A stretch of DNA of 64,000 nucleotides from Candidatus Saccharimonadota bacterium (GTDB taxonomy: Bacteria > Patescibacteriota > Saccharimonadia > Saccharimonadales > JACDBH01). How positions within the stretch are numbered: position 1 is the first letter of the stretch; each line of letters begins with the position of its first letter. Under the pieces are notes generated by a model that saw only the letters and a program-made list of their open reading frames with translations, did not search any database and had not been told where the DNA came from. Shown here piece by piece: positions 36,948 to 46,835 of the stretch. The position numbers were made by a program, and so were the translations under genes. The DNA is taken from the NCBI GenBank assembly GCA_028289135.1, contig JAQGGW010000005.1, positions 2,941-66,940 of the forward strand, read 5' to 3'.

Positions 36948-37163
36948 ATGACAACAGCAGAAATGGGAACAGTAGGCGGAGTTGAACAAGCAGGTGCACA
37001 AAGAACAAGTGCCGTAAGTGCGGTATTACATTTCGCTGCGCGATTATTAAGCCCGCTTCCCGATGTCGCACCTGCGCCTGGTCAAAGTGAGCATTTTGGT
37101 CATTCTGATAAGAGAAATGATACGAACCCCCAATGGTCAACTCAGAATGGATATGTCGGTTAA
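36948..37163 (+). CDS. Hypothetical small protein (71 aa)
   Basis: AAAGGAG RBS lies 8 nt before the ATG at 36948. The track ORF begins 24 nt upstream. No homology recognised. Confidence 0.45.
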   Translation: MTTAEMGTVGGVEQAGAQRTSAVSAVLHFAARLLSPLPDVAPAPGQSEHFGHSDKRNDTNPQWSTQNGYVG

Positions 37164-37210
37164 GTAAAAGTAATTTACATTACTACTAATCGCTGATATT
37201 TTTTCTTGTA

Positions 37211-37296
37211 AATTGCTACTAGCATTAAGAATGCTATAGCTTATAGTTAATACTGCAAGGGTAGCAAAGCATTGCTAGTATTCTAATGCTAGTAAT
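37211..37296. promoter_or_regulatory. Cluster of TAGCA/TGCTA half-site repeats (candidate operator array) upstream of the VOC gene
   Basis: At least six occurrences of TTGCTA/ATGCTA or their complement TAGCAT/TAGCAA within 86 nt. These include the palindromes TAGCATTAAGAATGCTA and TAGCAAAGCATTGCTA. Confidence 0.4.
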
Positions 37297-37314
37297 GAAT
37301 TAACAGAGGAGAAA

Positions 37315-37704
37315 ATGATTATGCTTCACGATTCACCAACATTCAGCGGGTTTTCAGTAAAAGATCAAAATGAAGCACTTGAGTTCTACAAAGACGTTTT
37401 AGGATTAGAAGTTGAAGATACCGGGATGGGCTTAAAGCTTAAAACTGCCGGCGGCAATGACGTATTTGTCTACGCCAAAGAAAACCACGAACCAGCGACT
37501 TTTACGATTTTAAACTTCCAGGTTGAAGATATTGACGCTGCGGTGGACGGTCTGACAGAAAAAGGCGTTAAGTTTGAAGTTTATGAAGGTATGCACCAGG
37601 ATGAAAAGGGCATTGCCCGCGGTATTGCGGCCAAAATGGGCCCAGATATTGCCTGGTTTAAAGACCCAAGCGGCAACATTTTATCGGTTTTGCACGGCGA
37701 GTAG
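37315..37704 (+). CDS. VOC/glyoxalase-family protein
   Basis: 129 aa with the beta-alpha-beta-beta-beta pattern and [10 protein letters not shown] motif. The ATG at 37321 is better spaced from the GAGGAG RBS. Confidence 0.8.
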   Translation: MIMLHDSPTFSGFSVKDQNEALEFYKDVLGLEVEDTGMGLKLKTAGGNDVFVYAKENHEPATFTILNFQVEDIDAAVDGLTEKGVKFEVYEGMHQDEKGIARGIAAKMGPDIAWFKDPSGNILSVLHGE

Positions 37705-38271
37705 GTCAAGCTGGGTTTTTGAAACCGCGCCTTCGCGGAGGACGATAATTTTGCCATTATTAAAGTCAACGATTGTAGACGGTTCACGACCAGACAAGTC
37801 TCCGCCGTCTACATAAAAGTCTACCGCTTCACCAAAATAATCATAGGCCATGGCTATGGTTGTGGAGCTTGGATCACCAGTGGTATTGGCGCTAGACGTC
37901 ATTAGCGGGCCAGTTTGCTGGAGTAAGTTTCTAACTTCTTCATTAGCGGTAATCCTTACCGAAAACTCGTTGAGCCCTTGGTGAAGATAGTAAAGCTCTG
38001 TCATGTGCATGACTACGCCTATCGGGTTTGGCCACAAGTAGGCGACTGCTCTTAAATCTTTTTCGGACATGCCAAGCTCAACGAGCTGCTCTATATTAGC
38101 AGCCACCATGGTTCCTGGCTTATTCTCGCGGTGTTTTAGGGCGTACAGCCTTTTTACTGCTGCAGGGTCGCCGGCGCGTGCCACCAAACCATAAAGCGTA
38201 TCGGTCGGCATAACACCAACATTACCATTTTTGAGCATTTCCACTGCGTCAGAGAGCGATGTAAGATTCAT
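37681..38271 (-). CDS. tsaC: L-threonylcarbamoyladenylate synthase (YrdC/TsaC family)
   Basis: 196 aa with [13 protein letters not shown] and SSANTTG motifs. Confidence 0.88.
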   Translation of the reverse strand: MNLTSLSDAVEMLKNGNVGVMPTDTLYGLVARAGDPAAVKRLYALKHRENKPGTMVAANIEQLVELGMSEKDLRAVAYLWPNPIGVVMHMTELYYLHQGLNEFSVRITANEEVRNLLQQTGPLMTSSANTTGDPSSTTIAMAYDYFGEAVDFYVDGGDLSGREPSTIVDFNNGKIIVLREGAVSKTQLDLLAVQNR

Positions 38272-38327
38272 TGGCCTTTTAGTATAGCGGAGGTGGTAGT
38301 ATATGTGTAGTAATCAAGGAGGGTTCC

Positions 38328-38567
38328 ATGGTGCAGCAACTTGAAGATCAAGCAGTGGCAAAGAAATCTTGGAAGCTAAAAATGAGCTGGCTGGCACCTG
38401 TTTTGCTGATCGTTTCGGTGGCCACAACGTTGGTAGCAATTTTGGCGATAACTTCTTGGGTTGAGCTTTCCGGCTGGCATCACGCCCTTCAGCACGTCAT
38501 GATTTTTGTCTCTGGCACAGTAGCCGGCGGGTCATTGTTAAGTATGCATAAGAAAAAGGAGCAATAA
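38328..38567 (+). CDS. Small two-TM membrane protein with a His cluster
   Basis: 79 aa with a GGAGGG RBS and WHHALQH between the two helices. Its stop lies 1 nt before the sodC ATG. Confidence 0.55.
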   Translation: MVQQLEDQAVAKKSWKLKMSWLAPVLLIVSVATTLVAILAITSWVELSGWHHALQHVMIFVSGTVAGGSLLSMHKKKEQ

Positions 38568-38568
38568 A

Positions 38569-39093
38569 ATGAAGGTAGATTTGAATGCTGAAAATAAAAC
38601 AGTGTCCGCACGGGCAAAAGCAGACGTCGCAGGGCCTGGTAACCTAACTGGAACGGCGACCTTTACGGAATACGACGTTGACGGCTGGAAATATGTGCAT
38701 CTTAACCTAAGCGTAAAAGGCGACCCAAAAACACTAAAGCTGGGCAAACACGCTGTGCACATCCACGAAAAGGGTGACTGTGAATGCGACGGTTTTAAGT
38801 GCGCTGGCGGCCACTTTGACCCAGGACCATCAGGCAACAGCGACCCGGACGTTAACCACGGCTTTCATGCTGGCGACCTGCCAAGCATTACTATCGACGA
38901 AAACGGCGAGGGCGAGCTAGAAACCATCACCACACGCGTAACACTCAGCGATGGCCCAGTTTCGATATTGCAGCCCGAAGAAGGCACATCCATTATGATC
39001 CATGCCAACGTTGACCCATACGCACCTGGCGAGGCGGGGTCTGGAATTAGCGGCGGGCCAAGATTGGGATGTGGCAAGATAGAAAGAGTATAG
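38569..39093 (+). CDS. sodC: Cu/Zn superoxide dismutase family protein without a recognisable signal peptide
   Basis: HAVHIHEKGDC, GGHFDP and HAGDLP motifs. The N-terminus MKVDLNAENKTVSARAKADVAG is hydrophilic. Confidence 0.88.
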   Translation: MKVDLNAENKTVSARAKADVAGPGNLTGTATFTEYDVDGWKYVHLNLSVKGDPKTLKLGKHAVHIHEKGDCECDGFKCAGGHFDPGPSGNSDPDVNHGFHAGDLPSITIDENGEGELETITTRVTLSDGPVSILQPEEGTSIMIHANVDPYAPGEAGSGISGGPRLGCGKIERV

Positions 39094-39242
39094 CCAAGAT
39101 AGTTTTAGCCGCAAAAGTAATCTGTGACAAATATCACACTCTTTTATCACACCCGTAGAAGTTAGCACTAGTATTAAAGCACAAGAAAGCGTATAATCGC
39201 CGAAGTTAGTGTTGTAAATTATGTTCGCTCTTATGAGGTAAT

Positions 39243-40541
39243 ATGTTTTTAAACAGATTCGGTGTACGCGCATCGCAACTGAAAGCCGTGTTTGAAAACG
39301 GAGTTTCGCTTTCTACTTATTTTCCTAGTGGAACCCAGTTTTATTATGGTTACCCAGCGGGCGAGGATTCGGGCTTTTTAAATAAGGTTACTCCATCTGT
39401 TGAGGAGCTTGTGGCGGCGCGTCCAAACTGTTGCGCCGGGCCGGATATTTCGGTAATAAACTTTGCGGCAACAACCTCAGCTTCTATAAACCAAAAAGTA
39501 ATTGACCTGTTCAACATCCCGCAAGTTGCCAAAGATCGTGCAATTGTCCTGCCAAGTGAAATTGATCTCAGCGTCGAAGGTAACCACCGCAACGAAGCCG
39601 TCAAAAGCGCCCTAAAGAAGCTTATTACACCCGGCAGTCTCGTAATGGCCCAGCCATATACCGACGATGACCTGGCGGATTTATACCAAATCCCCGCACA
39701 GACCACCGCTTGGCTCAACGACAAGAGCAATATGGGTAGCTACGTTAACGCCGATATGATGCCAAAAAGCTTCGGGATCTTCGCAAACGGTTCCGAATTT
39801 TTTAAAGCGCACGAATCCATGCCAGTGCCTGTTGTTGTTAAGGCGTCATTGTCCAGCTCGGGTGATGGCGTTTTTTTATGCGATACCGAAGAAGACATTA
39901 AAGAAGCCGCGCACAAGTTCGAACATCTGGAAGGCAAAATTTTGGTTGAGCAGTATATAAAGACGGTGACTAACTACGGCGTTCATTTTGGCGTGCCGAG
40001 TGACAAAAAAATGCCGATCGACATCATTGGTGTTAACGAGCAGCTTACAACTCCAAAAGGTGAGTTTATTGGCGGTATTATCCGCAGCGCAGAAATTCCA
40101 AAAGAGCTTATTAAGGCCGTTACACACCTTAAAAATGACATTTTGCCAAAAGTACGCGACATGGGCTGGTACGGCATTGGTGGTTTTGATGTACTGGTGG
40201 ACGACACTGGCAAGGCCTATTTTATTGACTGCAATTTCCGCATGACAGGCATGTCGGCCTACCATTTTATGATCGCGAACCAAAAGCTAAAGCGCCCTGT
40301 TGCGGGTTTTAGCGGTGAATTTATAGGCAAATCAGAAGACCTTATAAAAAAATTGTCAGAATATGGCGGCAAAGATGCCAATGGTAAGTTCTTGCAGATT
40401 ATTACAATGAGCCGCCATGATGACACTTGGCGTTTTAACGGCACCATATCTTTTAAAAACGATAAAGAATTAAAAGAGTATGCTTCGCTGCTCCTGTTTG
40501 CAGATGTTGAGTCCCAGGCTCTCCGTTTTTTAGCCGACTAA
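39243..40541 (+). CDS. ATP-grasp domain protein; substrate unknown
   Basis: 432 aa with the VVVKASLSSSGDGVF and GIGGFDVLVDD..KAYFIDCNFR patterns of the ATP-grasp fold. Confidence 0.75.
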   Translation: MFLNRFGVRASQLKAVFENGVSLSTYFPSGTQFYYGYPAGEDSGFLNKVTPSVEELVAARPNCCAGPDISVINFAATTSASINQKVIDLFNIPQVAKDRAIVLPSEIDLSVEGNHRNEAVKSALKKLITPGSLVMAQPYTDDDLADLYQIPAQTTAWLNDKSNMGSYVNADMMPKSFGIFANGSEFFKAHESMPVPVVVKASLSSSGDGVFLCDTEEDIKEAAHKFEHLEGKILVEQYIKTVTNYGVHFGVPSDKKMPIDIIGVNEQLTTPKGEFIGGIIRSAEIPKELIKAVTHLKNDILPKVRDMGWYGIGGFDVLVDDTGKAYFIDCNFRMTGMSAYHFMIANQKLKRPVAGFSGEFIGKSEDLIKKLSEYGGKDANGKFLQIITMSRHDDTWRFNGTISFKNDKELKEYASLLLFADVESQALRFLAD

Positions 40542-41167
40542 GTTAGTTTTGGCGGGGTTTTACGAAAGTAGCCGTGCGTGCCGAAAACAATCAGCCACAG
40601 CGTTTGCGGGTAGGCCGTTAGGCGTTCCATTCCGCCCGTGCCAAGCCCGAGGTAATGGTGGGTGGTAAACAAGACTAAGGCTGTCAAAGCCAGCGCGCCG
40701 GAAAGAAATGTATAAACTCTTAGCGGACGCGGGATGTCGAGCGAGTAGCTAAGCAGCACCATGCCCGCGTTACCTACCAAAAACGGCATTGCAGCCCCAA
40801 AAACATGTAGCGCGCTAATGGTGTTTTCGGGAAAAGCCCCAACTAGCACTGTACCAATACCTGCTAAACCAAGAGTTGTGAATCCTAGCCAGTTTAAGCG
40901 CGATGGTTTAAAGATTTTATAGTGGAAAATGGCGCCCAAAAACATGGTGATGCCAAGGATAATGAACGAAATGTTCATGAGCGTATGCAGCGGCGAGCAA
41001 ACTGAACGGCCGTCATAAATACCGCACATGGTGTTGCCAAGGTCGCTGATGGTGTTAAAACGCATGCTATAGCGGGGCATAAACCGAAGCATGACAATTA
41101 CTTGCACCGCAAAATACTGCAAACTAACTATCCAGAGCCATGGGCCGCTTTTTTTGTGCTTAACCAT
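40538..41167 (-). CDS. DUF998-like integral membrane protein
   Basis: 209 aa with 6 hydrophobic helices and the N.ISDLG motif. Confidence 0.7.
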   Translation of the reverse strand: MVKHKKSGPWLWIVSLQYFAVQVIVMLRFMPRYSMRFNTISDLGNTMCGIYDGRSVCSPLHTLMNISFIILGITMFLGAIFHYKIFKPSRLNWLGFTTLGLAGIGTVLVGAFPENTISALHVFGAAMPFLVGNAGMVLLSYSLDIPRPLRVYTFLSGALALTALVLFTTHHYLGLGTGGMERLTAYPQTLWLIVFGTHGYFRKTPPKLT

Positions 41168-41220
41168 TATGCTTATAAGCGTATCACAGCAGGTATATAT
41201 GGTGTATTATGTAAATAACA

Positions 41221-41616
41221 ATGGGAACGACAGCAGATAAGAATAAAGCCGAAAATGAAGTGGTATTCCGCAACTTCAATGAACGTATGAATAAAGGTAT
41301 TCATAGTCTAAAAAAAATCGCTACCGAAGAAGGCCAGTTTACCGATGTGCCTGACCTTAAGAAGTCGCTTTATTACTGCTGTGAATGCGCCGACGAAAAC
41401 TGCAGGGATCGTATAAAGATTAGCTCAAGTACTTATGCAAAGCTGCATGGTAAGAATAACTCTTTTGTAATTATTCCTGGGCATAATGTAAAAGAAATTG
41501 AACGCGTAGTCCTTAGACGGCCAAATTACGAAGTTGTAGAAAAATATATTGAACCGTCAAAGTCTGTTAAAGGGCTTCATATTACTGATTTTGATGTCAA
41601 AAAGCTTAGGTCTTAA
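41221..41616 (+). CDS. Hypothetical protein with a CC.C....C cluster
   Basis: 131-aa ORF with cysteines in YYCCECADENC. No family recognised. Confidence 0.55.
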   Translation: MGTTADKNKAENEVVFRNFNERMNKGIHSLKKIATEEGQFTDVPDLKKSLYYCCECADENCRDRIKISSSTYAKLHGKNNSFVIIPGHNVKEIERVVLRRPNYEVVEKYIEPSKSVKGLHITDFDVKKLRS

Positions 41617-42494
41617 GCACTTATTGGTTTTTTTGCTGTAGTTTTTAACTCGCGACGTTTCCAATAATAGCGCACAGCCGCATAGCCGCCAACTGCGTAC
41701 AGCGCGCCGATGATTTCGTCGATTGCATAATGTTCGCCCATATAGACAGTGCCAAAAAAGATCAGTAACGGATAAATGCTGGCCGCGAGAGCCCATTTTT
41801 TACCGTATAGCTTATAGACAAACAATACCAAAAGCGTGGCATAGGCGGCGTGCAGTGAAGGCATGGCGGCAACCGGGTTGGGCGAAATTTTGTTGTAAAC
41901 ACTCGGGAAATCGTGGATGCCAAGCGCAAACCAAACATTGCTGGAAACACGCGTAATTGGAGCAATCAGTCCATTTTGGGCTGCCAGCCATGGCGGTGCG
42001 GCCGGGAAGAATAAAAAAGTAATAAAGCCGGCAAACGAAACTGTCAGGTAGGTGGTTATAAAGCGCCAATAGTGCTTTTCGCGGGTTTTCCAGATTAATA
42101 ACGCCAGGCCAATCGGCAGCACAAAATGGAGCATATAAGCCAGATAAAACACAAAGTCATACCACTGCACATGGCCGTGCCATAAGACGTTTTGCAGCAT
42201 CGCGGTTGGCAAACGTCCGCCAAACAAAAACTTGTCGGTGTTAATCAGGCTACCGTAATGCACGTGTTTGTTAAGTGTTGGCACAAGCCCGCGGAATGAT
42301 TCGTAGACCAACAATATTGCCACAAAAGGCACAAGTCTTTTTAAAGCCTGCAAACCTTGGCTAAAAGCCATAAAAATTAGTGTTACAAAAACGAGTAGTT
42401 TGTCGGGGGTGGGGAAGCTTGGTTCATGAATAAAAATACCAAGGCAAACAAGCGTGCCAATAATACCTATAATCTGGGATATTTTACGTTGCAT
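41613..42494 (-). CDS. PAP2-superfamily membrane protein (PAP2_3 / inositol-phosphorylceramide-synthase-like type)
   Basis: 293 aa, polytopic, with FPAAPPW and AAMPSLHAAYA motifs. Confidence 0.75.
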   Translation of the reverse strand: MQRKISQIIGIIGTLVCLGIFIHEPSFPTPDKLLVFVTLIFMAFSQGLQALKRLVPFVAILLVYESFRGLVPTLNKHVHYGSLINTDKFLFGGRLPTAMLQNVLWHGHVQWYDFVFYLAYMLHFVLPIGLALLIWKTREKHYWRFITTYLTVSFAGFITFLFFPAAPPWLAAQNGLIAPITRVSSNVWFALGIHDFPSVYNKISPNPVAAMPSLHAAYATLLVLFVYKLYGKKWALAASIYPLLIFFGTVYMGEHYAIDEIIGALYAVGGYAAVRYYWKRRELKTTAKKPISA

Positions 42495-42546
42495 AAATCG
42501 GCTTATATCTTACCACGCGAGGTAAGTATTAATTTAGGATGCTTTT

Positions 42547-43728
42547 TTAAAACAAATGCAGGTCCTTAAGCTCGTCGGGCAAAAAGCCGCCTTCGTGTTT
42601 AAAGTTGGCTTTCCATTCGTAGCCTTTGTTGTAGCCCAGGTCTTTCATAAGCTTGGTTGGCGCGTTTCTTAAATGTAGTGGGACTTTGGCGTCAGGATAT
42701 TGTTTGGCGGCTGCAAGTGCGGCGCTCATGGCATCTGCCACCACCCGGGACTTTTCGCACTTGGCCATAACAGTAGCGCAGTGAAACAGGTTGTACTGGC
42801 ATTCTGGCATACCGATTCGCTCAACTGCTTGAAAGGTTGAAACAGCCAAATTTAGCGCCGCGGGCGCGGCGATCCCAATGTCTTCAGACGCAAAAATCAC
42901 CATCCGCCGCGCGATAAACTTTGGATCTTCGCCTGCGTCAAGCATAAGGGCCATGTAATAAAGCGAGGCGTTTGGATCGCTAACGCGCATGGATTTAATG
43001 AAGGCACTGATGATGTTGTAATGCATTTCGCCGGCCTTGTCGTAGCCCGGCAAATGCCTCTGGGCGGCGCTGGTGATGCTTTCGGAGTTTATAACTTTGC
43101 CACTAGCGAGGCTAATCGCCAGCTCCAGTGTGCCAAGTGCCACACGCGCATCGCCGCCAGAAAGTTCAGCCAGCAGATCCACGCTTTTATCCGGCAAGTT
43201 TTTGGCCTTAACACCTTCTGACTTGGCAGCACGTTTTAAAAGCAAAATAATGTCTTCTTTGCTGAGCGGCTCCAAAACAATTACCCGGCTGCGGGATAAC
43301 AGCGGCGTAATAACCTCAAAGCTTGGGTTTTCAGTTGTGGCACCGATCAAGGTCAAAAGGCCGCTTTCGACATGCGGCAAAAAAGCGTCCTGCTGGGCTT
43401 TGTTAAAACGATGGATTTCGTCGACAAACAGCACGGTGCGCAACTGAAGGCGCTGGTTTTCTTCAGCTTGTTTAACAACCCGGACAACGTCCGCCTTCAT
43501 GGCATTGACGGCACTGATCTCAATAAAATCGGCTTCCATTTCGCTAGCTATAATCCGCGCCAAGGTTGTCTTGCCGCTGCCTGGCGGCCCCCAGAAAATC
43601 ACGCTGAAAGGTTGCCCAGATTTAACCAGCTGCTGCAAGAGTTTACCTTCGCCCAAGACATGCGCCTGCCCAACGACTTCGTCGAGCGTCTTTGGCCGCA
43701 TTTTCTCCGCCAGTGGAACATATGCCAT
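42547..43728 (-). CDS. rarA: Replication-associated recombination protein A (MgsA/RarA AAA+ ATPase)
   Basis: LAEKMRP..LDEVVGQ, Walker A GPPGSGKTT, Walker B FVDEIHRFNK and the MgsA C-terminal domain. Confidence 0.94.
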   Translation of the reverse strand: MAYVPLAEKMRPKTLDEVVGQAHVLGEGKLLQQLVKSGQPFSVIFWGPPGSGKTTLARIIASEMEADFIEISAVNAMKADVVRVVKQAEENQRLQLRTVLFVDEIHRFNKAQQDAFLPHVESGLLTLIGATTENPSFEVITPLLSRSRVIVLEPLSKEDIILLLKRAAKSEGVKAKNLPDKSVDLLAELSGGDARVALGTLELAISLASGKVINSESITSAAQRHLPGYDKAGEMHYNIISAFIKSMRVSDPNASLYYMALMLDAGEDPKFIARRMVIFASEDIGIAAPAALNLAVSTFQAVERIGMPECQYNLFHCATVMAKCEKSRVVADAMSAALAAAKQYPDAKVPLHLRNAPTKLMKDLGYNKGYEWKANFKHEGGFLPDELKDLHLF

Positions 43729-43767
43729 ATACCTATTATACGACTTTTATCCAGGCGGGGAGTTTAG

Positions 43768-44613
43768 TTAGTTAGAGTTGCTGTCATCTGTCGAGTCTGT
43801 AGTAGACGAACCCATTGCTTTCATGGCGTCTTCCATCTGCTTTTGAGCATCGGCTGCGCTTTGGCTAGAGCTTGTGGATGATTTAACGGGTGTAGGCGCG
43901 CTTACGCTAATGTTGCCGTAGGCGATAACCATATCCGAAGTTCCATCGGCCGACTTGGTAGTTGTCCGGCGAAGCAAAAAGTCTTTGGTGTCAAACCATA
44001 CAAACTGTTCGGTAGCGGTGTCGGCGCTGTCAATTATCTGGTATTTGTAGCAGGTAAGGCTCTGGCAAGCTTCTTTGCCGATCTTTTTGTACTGGGTTTT
44101 TGATGCTTCGGCCGTATCTTTAAAGTCAGATACTTTTACTTCACCCTTAACATCGGCATTTACTGGTTTTGTAGTGCTGTCATCTGTAAACTTGGTCCAT
44201 GAGCCGTCTGCTTCGTCTTTGGTATAGAAATCCTTGCCTATATTTACATAAGCCGCAACTTCTTTGCCGTTACTACTAGTTACTACCCTGGACTTGTCGG
44301 CATTTTCTGTCTCTGCGACAATTGTGCTTGTGCCTTCGGCTGAAGTGCTCGTGATAGTGGTTTTATAGTTTTTTAAATCTGACCAGTTGGCGGCAAATTT
44401 ACAAAAGTCTTTATCGTTGAGCTCTTTGTTGCATGCGTCTGCTATTGCTTTATCGCTGGCGGCTTGTTCTTTACTAACACCTTTAGTTGGTGATGAATCT
44501 TTATTTTTTGTGGTTACATAGTAGCCAACACCACCGACAGCGGCCAGTATAACCACTACCATGATAATCATAATGTGGGCCATTCCACTTTGGTTTTTAT
44601 TGATTTTCAACAC
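43768..44613 (-). CDS. Hypothetical membrane-anchored or secreted protein (GTG start)
   Basis: 281 aa. AGGAGA RBS lies 6 nt before the GTG at 44613. N-terminal TM helix; T/S/D-rich ectodomain. Confidence 0.65.
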   Translation of the reverse strand: MLKINKNQSGMAHIMIIMVVVILAAVGGVGYYVTTKNKDSSPTKGVSKEQAASDKAIADACNKELNDKDFCKFAANWSDLKNYKTTITSTSAEGTSTIVAETENADKSRVVTSSNGKEVAAYVNIGKDFYTKDEADGSWTKFTDDSTTKPVNADVKGEVKVSDFKDTAEASKTQYKKIGKEACQSLTCYKYQIIDSADTATEQFVWFDTKDFLLRRTTTKSADGTSDMVIAYGNISVSAPTPVKSSTSSSQSAADAQKQMEDAMKAMGSSTTDSTDDSNSN

Positions 44614-44694
44614 TTATTTTCTCCTAGTTTAATAATGCTTATGCTTTGATTATTATCTTTCTCTCAGGAAAGTCAATAACACTTTAGAAAGCGC

Positions 44695-44723
44695 TTGGTA
44701 ACAGATAGTACTTATGATATAAT
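44695..44723 (+). promoter_or_regulatory. Sigma70-like promoter of typA
   Basis: TTGGTA (44695-44700), 17-nt spacer, TATAAT (44718-44723). Confidence 0.5.
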
Positions 44724-44801
44724 TACAACAAATTCACAATTGTTACGTCACTGATTAGTTCATGGTCGTGCAGCGAAAGTTAAGAAAGGTTCTAGATCAC
44801 T

Positions 44802-46634
44802 ATGCCAAGTCTCATTCAAGATCCGACTAAAATCCGGAATATTGCAATTATTGCCCATGTCGACCATGGCAAAACTACTCTTGTTGACGGCCTTTTAAAA
44901 CAGAGCCAGACTTTCCGCGACAACCAAGCCGAAATGAGCCAGGATCTTATCATGGACAGCGGCGACCAAGAAAAAGAGCGCGGCATTACTATTACCGCCA
45001 AGATTACTGCCGTCCAGCACGGCGACTACCGCATTAACATTATCGACACCCCCGGACACGCCGACTTTTCTGGTGAAGTTGAACGCACGCTAAACATGGC
45101 TGATGGTTGTTTGCTGATTGTGGACGCCCAAGAAGGCCCAATGCCTCAGACGAAGTTTGTTTTAACTAAGGCGCTTGCCAACGGACTTAAGCCAATTGTA
45201 GTCATTAACAAGATCGACAAAGATGGCCGCCGTTTGGGCGAAGTCGAAGATGAACTTGCTGATCTGTTCTTGGAGCTGGCAGTGCACGAAGACCAGCTGC
45301 ATTATCCTGTTTACTATGCCATTGGCCGTGCCGGAAAAGCTTGGAAAGAAGTTCCTGAAGACATGGAAGCCGATGGTTCTTTGGACGTTTTGTTTGACGC
45401 CATCATCAGCGACATTCCCGCACCATCTATTGAAGTTGAAAAGCCCTTCCAGATGCTTATTAACGCCTTGGCATGGGACTCATTCAAGGGCAAGTACGCC
45501 ATTGGCCGCATTACCCGCGGGCAAGTAAAGGCCGGCGACACAGTTACGCTTTGCAAAAAAGACGGCACCTTCACGAAGTCAAAAGTTGATAATGTTTATA
45601 TGAGCCACGGCGTCTCACGCTTCGAAGTCCCTGGCGGTGTAGCGGGCGATATTGTCCAGCTAACCGGCATTTCTGATGTCCAGATTGGCGAAACCATTGC
45701 CGACGCCGACCAGCCAGAAGCTTTGCCGGTGCTCGAAGTTGAAGCACCAACCCTTCGTATTTATATGGGTCCAAACACGAGCCCATTCAAAGGCTTGGAA
45801 GGCGAATTTTCTACCTCCCGCCAGATCAAAGAACGCCTGGACAAAGAGCTTGAAACAAACGTTGGCCTGCGCGTTTCTGAAGACGGCATTGGCTTTACCG
45901 TTTCTGGCCGTGGCGAGCTCCACCTCAGTGTTTTGATCGAAACCATGCGCCGCGAAGGCTTTGAATTTGAAATTGGCCGCCCCCAGGTGGTAACGCACCA
46001 AGAAAACGGCAAGACAATGGAGCCGCTTGAAGAAGTTATTATCGAAGTCCCAGCCGAGCACGTTGGTGCTGTACAGATGGAGCTTGGCACCCGCCGGGCA
46101 GAGCTAAAAGAACAGTTTAGCAGCACCAAAGGTGGCACAAAGTTGGTTTACGAAATGCCGACCCGTACGCTTCTTGGTATGCGCAACATCCTCATGACCA
46201 ACACCAAAGGCACGCTGATTATGAACACCTTGCCGCTTGGCTTCCAAGAAATGGGAACCGCCATGCAGCAACTCCGCGCTGGTGTGTTGATTGCCTTCGA
46301 AACCGGCGTTACAACTCCTTATGCACTCCAAAACGTTGAAGAACGCGGCGTTTGTTTTGTCGGCCCGGCTGTTAAGGTTTATGCCGGGCAGATCATTGGG
46401 CTCAACACCCGCTCTGACGACATGGAAATCAACGTTTGCCGCGCCAAGCAGCTGACCAACATGCGCTCTAAGTCATCCGACGGTACTGTGCAGCTAACTC
46501 CCGCGACTATTTTTAGCCTCGAACAATGCCTGGACTTTATTGAAAACGACGAACTCTTGGAAGTTACACCAAAAGCGCTCCGGATGCGCAAAAAAGAGCT
46601 TAACCCCAATCTCCGCAAACGTTCTAAAAACTAA
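44802..46634 (+). CDS. typA: Translational GTPase TypA/BipA
   Basis: 610 aa. [20 protein letters not shown]1 motif, [13 protein letters not shown]. Confidence 0.96.
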   Translation: MPSLIQDPTKIRNIAIIAHVDHGKTTLVDGLLKQSQTFRDNQAEMSQDLIMDSGDQEKERGITITAKITAVQHGDYRINIIDTPGHADFSGEVERTLNMADGCLLIVDAQEGPMPQTKFVLTKALANGLKPIVVINKIDKDGRRLGEVEDELADLFLELAVHEDQLHYPVYYAIGRAGKAWKEVPEDMEADGSLDVLFDAIISDIPAPSIEVEKPFQMLINALAWDSFKGKYAIGRITRGQVKAGDTVTLCKKDGTFTKSKVDNVYMSHGVSRFEVPGGVAGDIVQLTGISDVQIGETIADADQPEALPVLEVEAPTLRIYMGPNTSPFKGLEGEFSTSRQIKERLDKELETNVGLRVSEDGIGFTVSGRGELHLSVLIETMRREGFEFEIGRPQVVTHQENGKTMEPLEEVIIEVPAEHVGAVQMELGTRRAELKEQFSSTKGGTKLVYEMPTRTLLGMRNILMTNTKGTLIMNTLPLGFQEMGTAMQQLRAGVLIAFETGVTTPYALQNVEERGVCFVGPAVKVYAGQIIGLNTRSDDMEINVCRAKQLTNMRSKSSDGTVQLTPATIFSLEQCLDFIENDELLEVTPKALRMRKKELNPNLRKRSKN

Positions 46635-46835
46635 CTCCGCGGCGCACTGCGTGATTTTTGCCTTGCGTTGCTCGCGCAGCGTATTTTTGGATACGCTTTG
46701 CTGCGCTACGCGGCAAGAAATCCCACATTGCATCCACGGACTTAGCTTTTAGCCGTCAGCCATAAAACTTAGCTATTAAGTATAAGAAACCCTAAGCATT
46801 AACGCTTGAGTGGGGGAGAGTGCTAAAATTATATT

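Noticed and set aside
38565-38571. Programmed frameshift fusing the 79-aa membrane protein to SodC
   Set aside because: The two ORFs are in different frames, but sodC has its own well-spaced AAGGAG RBS and ATG. I see no slippery heptamer at the junction.
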